From the NCBI RefSeq assembly GCF_009914755.1, contig NC_060943.1: a stretch of DNA of 64,000 nucleotides. One strand, written 5' to 3'. The stretch comes from the human T2T-CHM13v2.0 reference genome, Homo sapiens. The position numbers and the translations under genes are program-made. This document shows, piece by piece, positions 18,441 to 41,113 of this stretch. How positions within the stretch are numbered: the stretch's first letter is position 1; each line of letters opens with the position of its first letter. Below the pieces are notes generated by a model. The model was not told the DNA's origin. It did no database searches and saw nothing but the letters and a program-made list of their open reading frames with translations.

Positions 18441-19299
18441 TCATAAAAGAAAAGAAAGAAAGAAAGAAAGAAAAGAAAACAGGGAAAGAGAGTCAGCTGT
18501 TGAACTAAGACAGAAGTAACTTTTTTCATTCAAGAATACATAGGTGGCCAGGTGTGATGGCTCACACCTGTATTCCCAGCACTTTGGGAGGTCGAGGCAG
18601 GTGGATCACCTGAAGTCAGGAGTTTGAGACCAGCCTGGCCAACATGGTGAAATCCTGTCTCTACTAAAAATACAAAAATTAGCTGGACTCCATCCACAGC
18701 TTATTTAACCTCTAGTTGCTCCTCTTCCCCAATCTTTAGATTGTTCTCAATCTCCATATATTTCCACCTCTTCTCCCATCTCTGCGCCTCCTGAGCTCTC
18801 CCTGTTAAATTCTCTCTTCCCCGTTATACCCCCCTGGCCCCACTCTCTGGCACCCCAGATTTCCCAGGTGTCCTCCCTGCTGTGGTTCTCCCTCTGTTCT
18901 CCTTGCCACCAGCACCACTCTGCTCTGTCTGCCCTGGCTCCAAATCCCTCCTCCTCTCCCTCATTCTCATGAGCCTTTCTGTTTGCTGCCCCTCTCCCTA
19001 CCTTGCTGTCTGTCCTTCATCTCTCTGTACATCCAGCTTTTCTCTACATTTCTCCAGTTGCTTTTCTCCTCCTGCTTTCTTATCTTTTGTTTTTTCACTT
19101 TTGCTGTCTCTTGGCAAATCCCTGACCATCCCCTACTTTGCCATCTGTTATGGGTCTTTCTCCTTCTTCTTTTATCTGTCTCAGGTTTTCTACTACTCTC
19201 TGATTCCCTCTCTCTGTCTCCTGATCCCTTTGGCCCACACAATCACAGGAGGGTTTGGAGTAAGACGCCTGCATCCCAGAGAAGCGCATTTTCCAGGGG

Positions 19300-20139
19300 C
19301 TGGAGCTGGGCAGGCAAGAACACCCCGTGTCACAGGACAGGCCCCGGGTACCTCCCCAACGCGGGCTCAGGGAAAGCGGTGACTGCGGAGGGGAGACTTG
19401 GGGAGCAACAGGGCCCGGCATGAGGAGGGAGGTGGGGGGAGATGACGCCTTCGGACAAGGGTGGGGTCCGCAGGATCCCACCACCGGGCAGAGAACGCGG
19501 CCTCCCTGGGACTGTGGTGTCAGCGCTGGGCTCCAGGGGCCGACGAGGGTGAGGCTGGGAAGCGCCAGAGCAGGGATCCACCTCTCGGGTGAGGACTTTA
19601 AAAAGCGCGGGGTGGGAGGAGTCAACAAACGGTTGTGAACGGGAAAACTACGCGATACAAACTGTATACATTGCCCTATAGCAAAAAGACCGAGGACAGG
19701 GCAGCCTCAGGGCGACTTTAAACCCAAAAGGAAGTGACTTCCGGACTCCTAGGGGAATGTCTCCATTTGCTCTTGTTGAAGGAAGAAGGGCGAGAATTTC
19801 CAGGTCTGTGGAGACCCCACATCCCAGGTACAGAATTGCCGGGGACCTGGAGGCACAGCCTCAATACAACACAGAGCAAAACTCACCGCCGCAGTGTGAC
19901 TTCCAGTCCACGCGATCCGCTTCCTGGTCCGGGCGAATCTACAAGCACAGGACAGAAGCCAGGCCTCCGTGGAGCCAACGAGGTGGGCGGGGCCTGGGCG
20001 AGGTAGGGGTGGGGCCTGGGCGAGGTAGGGGCGGGGCGCCAGGCGGAGAGACCTGCCCTGTAGAACCGGCAGACGCGGGGCGGGGGCGGACCTGTGCTTC
20101 TCTCAGCCGCGCACCTAGCCGCTGTTTTTCGGGTTTTGG
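19300..20139 (-). promoter_or_regulatory. ZNF888: ZNF888 CpG-rich promoter and non-coding exon 1 (donor at 19887/19886)
   Basis: GGCG|gtgagt donor, ETS-like CAGGAAGCGG near 19920, multiple GGGCGG boxes 19985-20090; paralogous to 38600-39330 and 58960-59620. Confidence 0.8.
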
Positions 20140-20639
20140 TGAGGGAAGAGACAGACCCTCTCATATTGTTTTATATTGTTTTATACTCAGTACCTGTTTT
20201 AAGAAAAAAAACAACAAGGAAGTAAAACCGAAGACAGGCAGCCCTGCGCCACGCCCAAAACCAGGCCTGGGCCTGCCTGGCCTAAACCCAATAGTTAAAA
20301 ATCAACTCATAACTTAGAAACCAATGTTTTTCATAGATTCCAGACATTGTATAGAAGAACATTATGAAACTCCCTGCCCTGTTCTGTTTCTCTCTACCAG
20401 TGCACGAAACCCCTGTGTATATATCTGGGACTGTAGTCCCTGTTACGTATCCCCTAGATTGCTCAATCACGACTCTTTTATGTGAAATCTTTAGTGTTGT
20501 GAGCCCTTAAAAGGGACAGAAATTGTGCACCCGGGGAGCTCGGATTTTAAGGCAGCTTGCCGCTGCTCCCAGCTGAATAAAGCCCTTCCTTCTACAACTC
20601 GGTGTCTGAGAGGTTTTGTCTGTGGCTCGTCCTGCTACA
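20140..20639 (+). mobile_element. Solo LTR2B-like LTR inserted in the ZNF888 upstream promoter region
   Basis: TG...CA termini (TGAGGGAAGAG...CCTGCTACA), CCCTTAAAA box near 20504, AATAAA at 20576; the paralogous site at about 39320 is empty. Confidence 0.9.
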
Positions 20640-21199
20640 CCGGAGGCAAGAGTGGCCAGGAAGGCTGAGGCATGATTCAAAAGCCCTGGAATTGTCTGGA
20701 ACAGGGATGCAAACTAGAACGTGAAATGCAAAGCCCTGCCTAGGCAGAAAGTACGATCTCATGCTGATGGTACACAGAACAGAATAGAAATCTCTCCCTT
20801 TCTATTCTCCATTTGCTTCGGAGGGAGAGTCCACCCTGTGCTCAGCTTCAGAGACTTCCCTAGGGCCACCGCCTGGGATGCCGGAGGGAGTGTTCAGGCC
20901 AGGGAGGAGTGAGGTCACCACCTGCTGCTTAAACACAGCAGAAATGTGGAAGTGGGGGCGGGAGCCTGAGGTCCAGCTACTCAGGAAGCAGTGGCGGGAG
21001 GATCATTGAGCCCGGAGGTCCAAGCCAGCCTGAGTGACAAAGTAACACCCCCTCCTGCAGGGATCCCTTCCTCATCTCTTTTTTTTTTTTTAATTTTTAA
21101 AATAAAATTTTCATTGTGTGAGATAGGGATCCAACTTTATTCTTTTCCATGTGGATATCCAGTTAGTTGTCCCAGCACAATTGTGGATGACATCTATTA

Positions 21200-28142
<6,943 letters not shown>

Positions 28143-28147
28143 GTTCT

Positions 28148-29113
28148 TGTGGGTGGAGGATTACCCGGGTGCCGAGGCAAGAGACTGAAGGCACAAACCA
28201 TTTCAGTATAATAAAGAAAATAGTTAGAATAAGAACAATCACAACACAAATTAGATACAGAGATGATCATGGACAATTATCAATCATTATTATAAACAGT
28301 ATAAATCTTTAGCTTTTAATATTACTCTTTGTGGCATTACTAATATAACCTAGGAATAACTGGCGGGTATAGGGTCAGGTGCTGAAGGGACATGGTGAGA
28401 AGTGACCTAGAAGGCAAGAGGTGAGGCCTCTGTCACACCCGCATAAGGGCCGCTTGAGGGCTCCTTGGTCAAGCGGTAACGCCAGTGTCTGGGAAGGCAC
28501 CTGTTACTTAGCTGACCGCGAAAGGGAGTCTCCTTTCCTTGGAGGAGTCAGGGAACACTCTGCTCCACCAGCTTCTCGTGGAAGGCTGGATATTATCCAG
28601 GCCTGCCCGCAGTCATCCCGAGGCCTAAACCCCTCCCTGTGGTGCTGTGCTTCAATGGTCAAGCTCCTTGTCCACTTTCATGCTCCTCCCGTACTCCTGG
28701 CTCCTCTTTGAAGTTCATAGTAGATAGCGGTAGAAGAAATAGTGAAAGTCTTAAAGTCTTTGATCTTTCTTATAAGTGCATAGAAGAAAATGCTGATGTA
28801 TGCTGCCTTCTCTCTCTGCTTCGGCTACCTAAGAGGGAAGGGCCCCCTGTCCCGTGATCACGTGACTTTCTTCACCTTGTCAATCACTTAGAAGATTCAC
28901 CCTCCTTACCCTGCCCCCTTGTCTTGTATGCAATAAATACCAGCGAGCCCAGCCTTTCTGGGCCACTACCGGTCTCCTCAACTTGATGGTAGTTGTCTCC
29001 CAAGCCCAGCTGTTTTCTCTTTATCTTTTTGTCTTGTGTCTTTACTTACTACAATCTCTTGTCTCTGCACACGGGGTGAATACCCGCTAAGCCCCATAGT
29101 GCTGGACCCTATA
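28148..29113 (+). mobile_element. Solo LTR13A-like (HERV-K13 group) LTR
   Basis: Starts TGTGGGTGGAGGATTACCCGGGTGCCGAGGCAAGAGAC, ends GGACCCTATA; perfect 6-bp TSD AGTTCT (28142-28147, 29114-29119). Confidence 0.85.
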
Positions 29114-29131
29114 AGTTCTATATATATGCAT

Positions 29132-30777
<1,646 letters not shown>

Positions 30778-32573
30778 ATGCATTGCCCTTATATAGTTTG
30801 CTATGCATAAAATGCAAAACATAGAATGTGTACTGGGAAAATTTATAAACTGAGTCAGAGAAAACTTTGTAGAAAACAAACTGCACAGCAAAAACAAAAA
30901 ATATGATGCAGGCTATCTGGCCTAAATGTTTGTATTGGCTAAAAGTCATTATCAGATTTCTTATTCTCTGATCGGATGTTCCTGCAGATGAGGCCTTTTA
31001 GAGAATTTGGTCATCTGTGTTGACTGTTCATGAATAGGACTAATGCTTTTATTTTTATTTTTTCTTTATTTACTGATTTTTGAGACGGAATTTTGCTCTT
31101 GTTGCCCAGGCTGGAGTGCAATGGCATGATCTTGGATCACCAGGACCTCGGTCTCCTCAGTTCAAGCGATTCTCCTGCCTCAGCCTCCCGAGCAACTGGG
31201 ATTACAGGCATGCGCCACCACGTCCGGCTAATTTTGTAGTTTTAGTAGAGACGTGGTTTCTCCATGTTGGTCAGTCTGGTCTCGAACTCCCGACCTCAGG
31301 TGATCCGGCTGCCTCGGCCTCCCAAAGTGCTGGGATTACAGGCAAGAGCCACGGCGCCTGGCCAGGACTAGTGCTTTTATAAAAAAGAGACAGTAAAGTG
31401 TTCATTGCCTGTTCCTCTTTACACCATGTCAGGACACAGGAGGAAGATGGCTGGACGAAACCATGAAGAAGGATCTCACCAGGAACCAATCTGGTTGAAA
31501 TCTTGCTCTTAGATTTTCCACTTTCCAGATTCATGAGAAATAAATTTCTGTGTCTGAAGCTTTCTAGTTTACACTATTTCTTTTTTTGTCTGTTTTTGAG
31601 ACTGAGTCACGCTTCATCACCCAGACTGGGGTGTAGTGGCACGATTCTCCTGCCTGAGGAGATTCTCCCGCCTCAGCCTCTGGAGTAGCTGGGACTAAGG
31701 CACGCGCCACCATGCCTGGTTAATTTTTTTGTTGGGGGGGGAGACAGAGTCTCCCACTGTCACCCAGGTTGGAGGGCAGTGGCACGATCATGGCTCACTG
31801 CAGCATAGCCTCCCGGGTTCAAGTGATTCTCCTGTCTCAGCCTCCCAAATAGCTGGGATTACAGGTGCACCAAGCTCAGCTAATTTCTGTATTTTTAGTT
31901 GAGACAGGGTTTCACCATGTTGGCCAGGCTGGTCTTGAACTTCTGACCTGAGGTGATCTGTCTTTCTCAGCCTCCCAAAATGCTGGGATTACAAGGGTGA
32001 GCCATTGCGCTCAGCCAATTTTATTTTCATTTAGTAGATTTGAGGTTTCATTATGTTTGTGCAACTGGTCTCAAAATCCTGACCTCAAGCGATCTACCCA
32101 CCTCGGCCTTTCAAAGTGCTGGAATTAGAGGTGTGAGTCACCGCGGCTGGCTAGTGTAAGCTATTTCTGACAGAACAGTGAAATGAGCGAGACAGGAAAA
32201 GAGGCATCTCATCACCAACATCACCGAAGGCTGACAAATCTTATTAAACAAAAAAAGTTTACAGTCTGTACCATAAAACTTCCAATATGTGAAGCAATCT
32301 AAAAGCATTAACTTTTAAAAACCAGGCGGGTGAATCACTTGAGGTTGGGAGTTCGAGACTAGCCTGACCAATATGTAGAAAGTTCATCTCTACTAAAGAT
32401 ACAAAAATTAGCCAGGCACTGCCGGGAACGGTGGCTCACGCCTGTAATCCTAGCATTTTGAAAGGCCGAGGCGGGCGAATCACGAGGTCAGGAATTCGAG
32501 ACCAGCCTGACCAATATGGTGAAACCCCATCTCTACCAAAAATATTAAAAAATAGCCGAGCTCTGTGGTGCAC

Positions 32574-33555
32574 CGTGAGGAAAAGCAAGAGAGATCAGAT
32601 TGTTACTGCGTCTATGTAGAAAAAGGAAGACAAAAGAAATTCCACTTTGATCTGTACTAAGAAAAATTGTTCTACTTTAAGATGCTGTTAATCTTTAACT
32701 TTTGTCCCAACCCTGTGTCACAGAAACATGTGCTGTATTGACTCAAGGTGTAATGGATCTAGGGCTGTGCAGGGTGTGCCTTGGTGAAAATGTGTTTGCA
32801 GGCAGTATGCTTGGTTTACCACTGCCATTCATTGCCATTCTCCATTCTCTATTAACCAGAGACACAATACACTGCGGAAGGCCGCAGGAAACCCTGCCCA
32901 AGAAAGCCTGGGTATTGCACAGGTCTCCCCCGACTGAGACAGCTTGAGATATGGCCTCATGGGAAGGGAAAGACCTGACTGTCCCCCAGCCTGACACCTG
33001 TAAACGGTCTGTGCTGAGGAGGATTAGTGAAAGAGGAAGGCCTCTGTGCCATTGAGATAAGGGGGAAGCATCTGTCTCCTGCACGTCTCTGGGAATGGAA
33101 TGACTCAGTGTAAAACCGACCAGACATTCTATTCTGAGATAGGAGAAAACCGCCCTATGGCTGGAGGCGAGACATCATGGCGGCAATACTGCTCTTTACT
33201 GCACTGAGATGTTTGTGTAAAGTCAAACATAAATCTGGCCTACATGCACATCCAGGCAGAGCACCTTTCCTTAAACTTATTTATGACACAGAGTCTTTTG
33301 CTCACATGTTTTCCTGCTGAACTTCTCCCCACCATCACCCTATAGTCCTGCCACATTCCCCTCTCCAAGATGGTAAAGATAGTGATCAATAAATACTGAG
33401 GGAACTCAGAGGCCAATGCCGGTGCAGGTCCTCACTTGCTGACCGCCGGTCCTCTGGGCTCACTTTTCTCCCTCTGTACTTTGTCTCTTTTCTCAGTCTC
33501 TCACCTCCACCTTGTGAGAAATATCCATGGGTGTTGGAGGGACAGGACCCCTTCA
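32574..33555 (+). mobile_element. HML-2 LTR (LTR5A-like) without target-site duplication
   Basis: CGTGAGGAAAAGCAAGAGAGATCAGATTG...GACCCCTTCA; flanks GTGCAC and CAAAGT do not match. Confidence 0.9.
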
Positions 33556-33650
33556 CAAAGTGGTAGAACTATGGGCGTGAGCCACTGCACCCAGCTACAC
33601 ATTTACATTATAGCATCTTGACCTTCGGCTCCCCAGCTGCCTTGTGACTC

Positions 33651-33651
<1 letters not shown>

Positions 33652-33684
<33 letters not shown>
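33652..33684. repeat. (TG)n microsatellite, about 16 units
   Basis: Direct reading. Confidence 0.95.
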
Positions 33685-33685
<1 letters not shown>

Positions 33686-34581
33686 ATGCTCGCGTGTTGT
33701 GACAGGCAAGAAAAAGCCACTAGAGCATCATCGCCACTGGCCTGGTAGGAGGAGGTTGCCCTTGGGCTGCAGTTCACTGTGCTGTTTGCACTCTTGATCC
33801 TTGGAAGAATCTTCCTGAAGTCACGGAGCCTCCAGCTCCTCTGGAACAGAACTAGTTGTGTAGGAGTGTGTCCTTCATGCCCTCAGGTCCCTGACCTTCT
33901 CCCCACCCTTCCTGAAGGGAATCCAGAACCCCTGACTCTGAGCTCATCACCTGCTTGTGGCAAAGTCCCTGCCCATAACGGCCAAACTGGGTCCTGGTGA
34001 TGTGCAGAGCACGGAAGACCCAGGAGCTGGAGTAAGGCAGTGGCACAGGTGATAAAAGTGGGGATGCCTCGGCACTGCCTGAGGACACAGGGTCTGGTCT
34101 GTAAGGCTTTTCTGACCCTAGTGAGGCCTTCTCTTCTTATTTTGACTGAAATAAATAGCCACAGGAAGTTCAGATCAATTAGAGTTGAAATTTCAAGAAG
34201 AAATGTGGGACCATCCTCACACTTGCCCCAGGCCCTGAGTCTTCCCTGAGGATGCCTCAGCATCTGAACTATAACCCCAGAGTAGGTGCTGCAGTTGTCC
34301 TGTGGCCAAGATGAGAACTGTGCATCCTTCAGTGAAGGGAGACACAAAATTTTCAAAATAACCCATGCAGAAAGGTGTTTCTGGGTGGGCACGGTGGCTC
34401 CCGCCTATAATCCCAGCACACTGCTAGGCCGAGGCAGACAGATCACCTGAGGTCACGAGTTCAAGACCAGCCTGGCCAACATGGTGAGACCCTATCTCTA
34501 CTAAAAATACAAAAATAGGAGCAGGTGAGTTGGCTCATGCCTGTAATCCTAGCACTCTGGGAGGCCGAGACAGGTGGATTA

Positions 34582-34806
<225 letters not shown>

Positions 34807-35891
34807 TTAAATTAGAATTAAAATACAAAAATTAGCCAGGTGTGGTGGCACACACCTGTAATCTCAGCTACTTGTGAGGTGAGACACAAGAATCGCTTGA
34901 ACCCAGGAGACAGAGGTTGCAGGGAGAGATGTCATGAGACTGCACTCACAGCCTGGATGATAGAGTGAGACTCTGTCTCAAAAAATAAAAAAATAAAAAG
35001 AGCATTTCTGATGTGACTGATGCAGAGATAATAAAATCTGAGTAATGTGATAGAGACTGACAGGCAGAGGGAACTTCAGAAGGGGGTGGGAGGGCATGGG
35101 AGACATCTCTGAGCCTAGACCTGAAGGAGGAAATAGGGAAAGGGCCATGATAATTTAGGGACATAGGGTAAGAGCAGGGACAATGACCAGAGACAGGCAG
35201 GATTTTAATTTTTGGGAAAAGAGATAAGCAAATGTGACTGGGGCAGAGGGAGTCATGAGATGAGGGCAAGCTCCCAGGAGGAGGCTGGACACTGGCAGGG
35301 GCCCTGGACACAGGGCTATGGAGCCACAGTGAGGAGTTGGGCTTTCAACATTTGTCCACATGGACCAGAGGTGCCTTGAGGGAAACATGCACTTAATAGC
35401 TCACAGCTCAAGATTTTAACAATGACATAAGGAAAGAAAACTGAAAAACAGACTAACTGGTTAAACCACATTTTGATGTCAAAGGTTGCCAATAAATAAT
35501 AAAGAGTAGAAAGCATGCAGACCTCGATCTGAACCGGACGCAACTAATTTCAAACAGAAACTACTTTGAAATTGTTTTGTAAAACTCGAACAAATTCAGA
35601 TGTCAACGGGAAAATAACTAGAACATATACTTGTACAGAAAGGAATGATGTGAGCTGATTATAGGATGCCACAAAGGCATCTTTCAGAAGAAGTGATTAT
35701 GGATTAAAAAAGGAATTTTTAAAATTAACATTTATCTCAAACTCCAAAAAAAAAAAAAGAAAGAAAAAAAAAAAGAAAGAAATGAAGAGGAACCAGAAAG
35801 AAAAAAAGGAAATCTATTACACAACGAGAACAAAAGCACTTTTGATGTCCCTTTTGTTTTTTAATTTTTTGTTTTTTTTTTTTTGAGATGA

Positions 35892-36038
<147 letters not shown>

Positions 36039-36200
36039 TAGTGTTTTTACTAGAGACGGGGTTTCACCATGTTGGCCAGAATGGTCTTGAATTCCTGACC
36101 TTAGATGATTGGCTCCCAAAGTGCTGGGATTACAGTCATGAGCCACCACGCCCAGGTTTGATGTGCCTTTTTTTTTTTTTTTTCCATTTTTCTTTTTTGA

Positions 36201-36302
<102 letters not shown>

Positions 36303-36779
36303 TAAGTAGCTGGAATTACAGGCACGTGCCAACATGCCCAGGTAATTTTTGAATTTTTAGGAGACAGGATTTCACCATGTTGGTCAGGCTGGTCTCAAAC
36401 TCCTGACCTTGTGATCTTTGTGATCCACCCGCCTCAGCCTCCCAAAGTGCTGGGATTACAGGCGTGAGCCACTGCACCCTGATGTCCCTTTTAAAAAGTA
36501 CTATGGGATGGGCATGGTGGCTCACGCCTGTAATCCCAGCATTTGGGAGACTGAGGTGAGCGATCACCTGAGGTCGGGAGTTCGAGAGCAGCCTGAACAA
36601 CATGGAGAAACCCCATCTCTACTAAAAACAAATTTAGCTGAACGTGGTGGCTCATGCCTGTAATCCCAGCTACTAGGGAGACTGAGACAGTAGAATCGTT
36701 TGAACTCGGGAAGTGGAAATTATGGTGAGCCGAGACTGTGCCATTGCACTCCATCCTAGACGAGAGCAAGATTCCACCT

Positions 36780-36821
<42 letters not shown>

Positions 36822-37419
36822 CTCTGTAGGCCAGGTGCGGTGGCTCCTCTCTGTAATCCCAACTGTAATCCCAGTAATTTGGGAGGTCAAAGCAGAAGGA
36901 TCCTTTGAGCCCAGAATTTTGAGACCAGCCTGGGAAACATAGTGAAACCCCTTTTCTACAAAAAAAAAAAAAAAATACAAAAGCTAGCCAGGCTTGATGG
37001 CTCATGCCTGTGGTCCCAGCTACTCGGGTGGCTAAGGTAGGAGGATCGCTTAAGCCTAGGAGGTCGAGGCTGCAGTTAGAGGAGATCATGCCACTGCACT
37101 CCAGCCTGGCCGATACAGCCAGACCCTGTCTCAAAATATTAATTAATTAATTAAATTTATACTATTATATGATAACAGAAAGTGATTTTTTTCTCCCACT
37201 TCACTGCCCCACTTCCTATTCCATCCTGGGAAAAGGGAAGAGAGTGTCTAACAAGTGAATGAAGACACAACCCTCTGGCTGAATAGGGATTCCAACTGGA
37301 AGCTAACCTCTGATGCCAAGATTTATAGAATGTACATGTCTCATAGATAGGAATTTTAAAATTCTCAATCTCATCTGTATAATTTAAACAAGTTTTAAGT
37401 TATTAAACTACATACATAG

Positions 37420-37746
<327 letters not shown>

Positions 37747-38599
37747 TAAAGTGCTGGGATTACAGGCGTGAGCCACTGCGCCCAGCCCCTCTGTCTTCAT
37801 TACTGTGCTTCCCTCCCTAATTCTGTACATATCTCTCATTCTCCCCTTCTCTCTCTAGCTCTTGTTTTCTTTTCTTTTTCCCTGGGATTCTGCTCTTCAT
37901 TTTGTGCCCCTCTCCTCTCCTGCTGTTTATCCCCTTCTTCCCTCTATTACTTCTCTTCCACCTCTTCTGCTCCATCGTCGCAAATTCTTTAACCTCTTGT
38001 TGCTCCTTCTCCCCAATCTTTCGATCATCCTCAATCTCCATATATTTCTGCCTCTTCTCCCATCTCTGCGCCTCCTCTGCTCTCCCTGTTAAATTATCTC
38101 TTCCCTGTTAAATCCCCCTTTCCCCAATCTCTAGCACCCCAGATCCCCAGGTGTCCTCCCTGCTGTGCTTCTCCCTCTGTTCTTGCCACCAGCACCACTC
38201 TGCTCTGTCTGCCCTGGCTCCAAACCCCTCCTCCTCTCCCTCACTCTGATGAGCCTCCCTCTTTGCTGCCCCCTCCCTACCTTGCTCTTCTTCATCTCTC
38301 TGTACATCAAGCTTTTCTCTACTTTTCTCCAGTTCCTTTTCTCCTCCTGTTTTTCTTATCCTTTTTTTTTTTTTTTTTTTTCCACTTTTGCTGTCTCTTG
38401 GCAAATCCTTCACCCATCCTCTACGCTACCATCTGTTATGGCCTTTCTCATTCTTCTTTTCTCTGTCTCAGGTTTTCTACTGCTCTCTCTCTCAGTCTCC
38501 CGATCCCTTTGGCCAACACAATCACAGGAGGGCTTTGAAGTAAGATGCCTGCATCCCGGAGGAGCGCATTTTCCAGAGGCTGGTGCAGGGCAGGCAAGA

Positions 38600-39330
38600 A
38601 CACACGGTGTCATAGGACAGCCCCGGGCACCTCCCCAACGCGGGCTCAGGAGAAACGGTGATTACGGAGGGAAGACCTGGGGAGCATAAGGGCCCGGCAC
38701 GAGGAGGGAGGTGGGGGGCGACGGCGCCTTAAGACAAGACTGGGAGGCGCCCAGGGCGGGAATCCGCCTCGCGGTAAGGACTTTAAAAAGTGCGGGTTGG
38801 GAGGAGTCAGAAAAAAGTTTTGAGCAGGAAAACTACGCGATGGGAAGTGTATACGTTACCCTATAGCAGAAAGATTCGGGACGGGACCGGTCTATGGTGA
38901 CTTTAAACCCAAAAGGAAGCGACCCCCAGACTCTCACGGGGTCTTCTCAATTTGCTCTGGGTAAAGAAAGACGGAGGAGAACTTCCAGGTCTATGAGGAC
39001 CCCACGTCCCAGGTACAGAAGCGCCTGGGACCCGGGAAGCGCAGACTTAACACAACACAGAGCAAAACTCACCCCCGCGGTGGGACCGTCACTCCACGCG
39101 ACCCGCTTCCGGGTTTGTGCGAATCTGCTCTCTGGGGACAGAAGCCAGGCCTGGGCGGGACCCGCGGGGAGGTAGGCGGGGCCTGAGCGAGGTAGGGGCG
39201 GGGCGCGAGGCGGAGAGACCTTGCCCTTCAGAACAGACAGAGGGCGGGGCGGGGGCGGGGCCGGGGCGGGACCTGTGCGTCTCTCAGCCTGGCTCCCAGA
39301 GCCTCAATTTTTCGGGTTTTGGAGGCGAGA
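38600..39330 (-). promoter_or_regulatory. ZNF321P: ZNF321P CpG-rich promoter and exon 1 (donor at 39073/39072)
   Basis: GGGG|gtgagt donor, ETS CCGGAAGC near 39105, GC boxes at 39175-39270; paralogous to the ZNF888 promoter. Confidence 0.8.
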
Positions 39331-40262
39331 CCGGCCAGGAAGGCTGAGGCATGATTCAAAAGCCCTGGAATTGTCTGGAAGGGGATGCAAACTAGAATGT
39401 GAAATGCAAAGCCCTGCCTGGGCGGAACATACGATTTCATGCTGACGGCCCACAGAACAGAATAGAAATCCTCTCCCTTTCTATTTTCCATTCACTCAGG
39501 AGGGACAGTCCACCCTGTGCTCAGCTTCAGAGACTTCCCCAGGGCCTCCGCCTGGGATGCGGGACCGAGTGCTCAGGCCAGGGAGGAGTGAGGTCACCAC
39601 CTGCTGCTTAAACACAGCAGGAATGCGGGCGCGGGGGCGGAAGTCTGAGGTCCCAGCTGCTCAGGAAGCAGCGGCGGGAGGATGCTGAGCCTGGGGGTCC
39701 AAGCCAGCCTGGGCGACAAAGTAACACCGCCTCCCGCAGCGCTCCCTTCCTTGTCTCTCTCTCTTTTTTTTTTTAACTTTTTTTTAAATAAAATTTTTGA
39801 TTTTGTGAGATGGGGATCCAACATTGTTATTTTTCATGTGGATATCCAGTTAGTTGTCCCAGCACATTTGTGGAAGAGATCTATTACTTTCATTTTTATA
39901 TTTACATTTTTTCTTTTCTTTCCTTTTTTGAGACAGAGTATTTCTCTGTTGAACAGGCTGGAGTGCAGCGGCGAGATCTCCGCCTTACTGCAAAATTCAC
40001 CTCCCGGATTAAGGTAGTTCTCTTGCCTCAGCTTCCCAACTAGCTGGGATTACAGATGCGCGCCACCAAGCCTGGCTAATTGTTTTGTATTTTTAGTAGA
40101 GACTGGGGTTTCATCACGTTGGCCGGGCTGGATTCGAACTCCTGACCTCAAGTGATCCACCCGCCTTGGTCTCCCAAAGTGTTGGGACTACAGGAGTTAG
40201 CCACCGCGTCTGGCCAGGAAAACTCTTAGAAGTTGCGTCTGCAGCCGGGCGCCGGTGGCTCA

Positions 40263-40515
<253 letters not shown>

Positions 40516-40875
40516 CTACGTCTCAAAAAGAAAAAAGAAAAAAGAAGTTGCGTCTGCATACCACAGGACACAGGTTGCATGACCACATTCCTTTCAAGGC
40601 TCAGAATTATTTAAAGGTCCATACCTTTAAATTGTTTAAATTGGAATTATTTGATATTTCAAACGTTTAATTTCCTACTGAGTTACAGGTACCGTCTCTC
40701 TTGTTGTTTGCCTTTCAAAGAGAGACCCCAGGTCCTTCAGAAATACATCCATGGGTTATTAAGCTGAAAAAAAGTTTAGGTTGTTTCTAAAAAATACCAC
40801 TTCAAGCCGGGAGCGGTGGCTCATGCCTGTAATCCCAGTGTCAAACCACCGAGGCAGGCAGAACGCCTGAGATCA

Positions 40876-41082
<207 letters not shown>

Positions 41083-41113
41083 TCAAAAAAAAAAAAAAAA
41101 AAACCCTCAGAAG

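Noticed and set aside
18882-20317. Overlapping 100-190 aa ORFs in the promoter regions (also 38108-39491, 43043-43786, 58802-59642)
   Set aside because: Stop-poor GC-rich or pyrimidine-rich sequence; frames are not conserved between the paralogous promoters.
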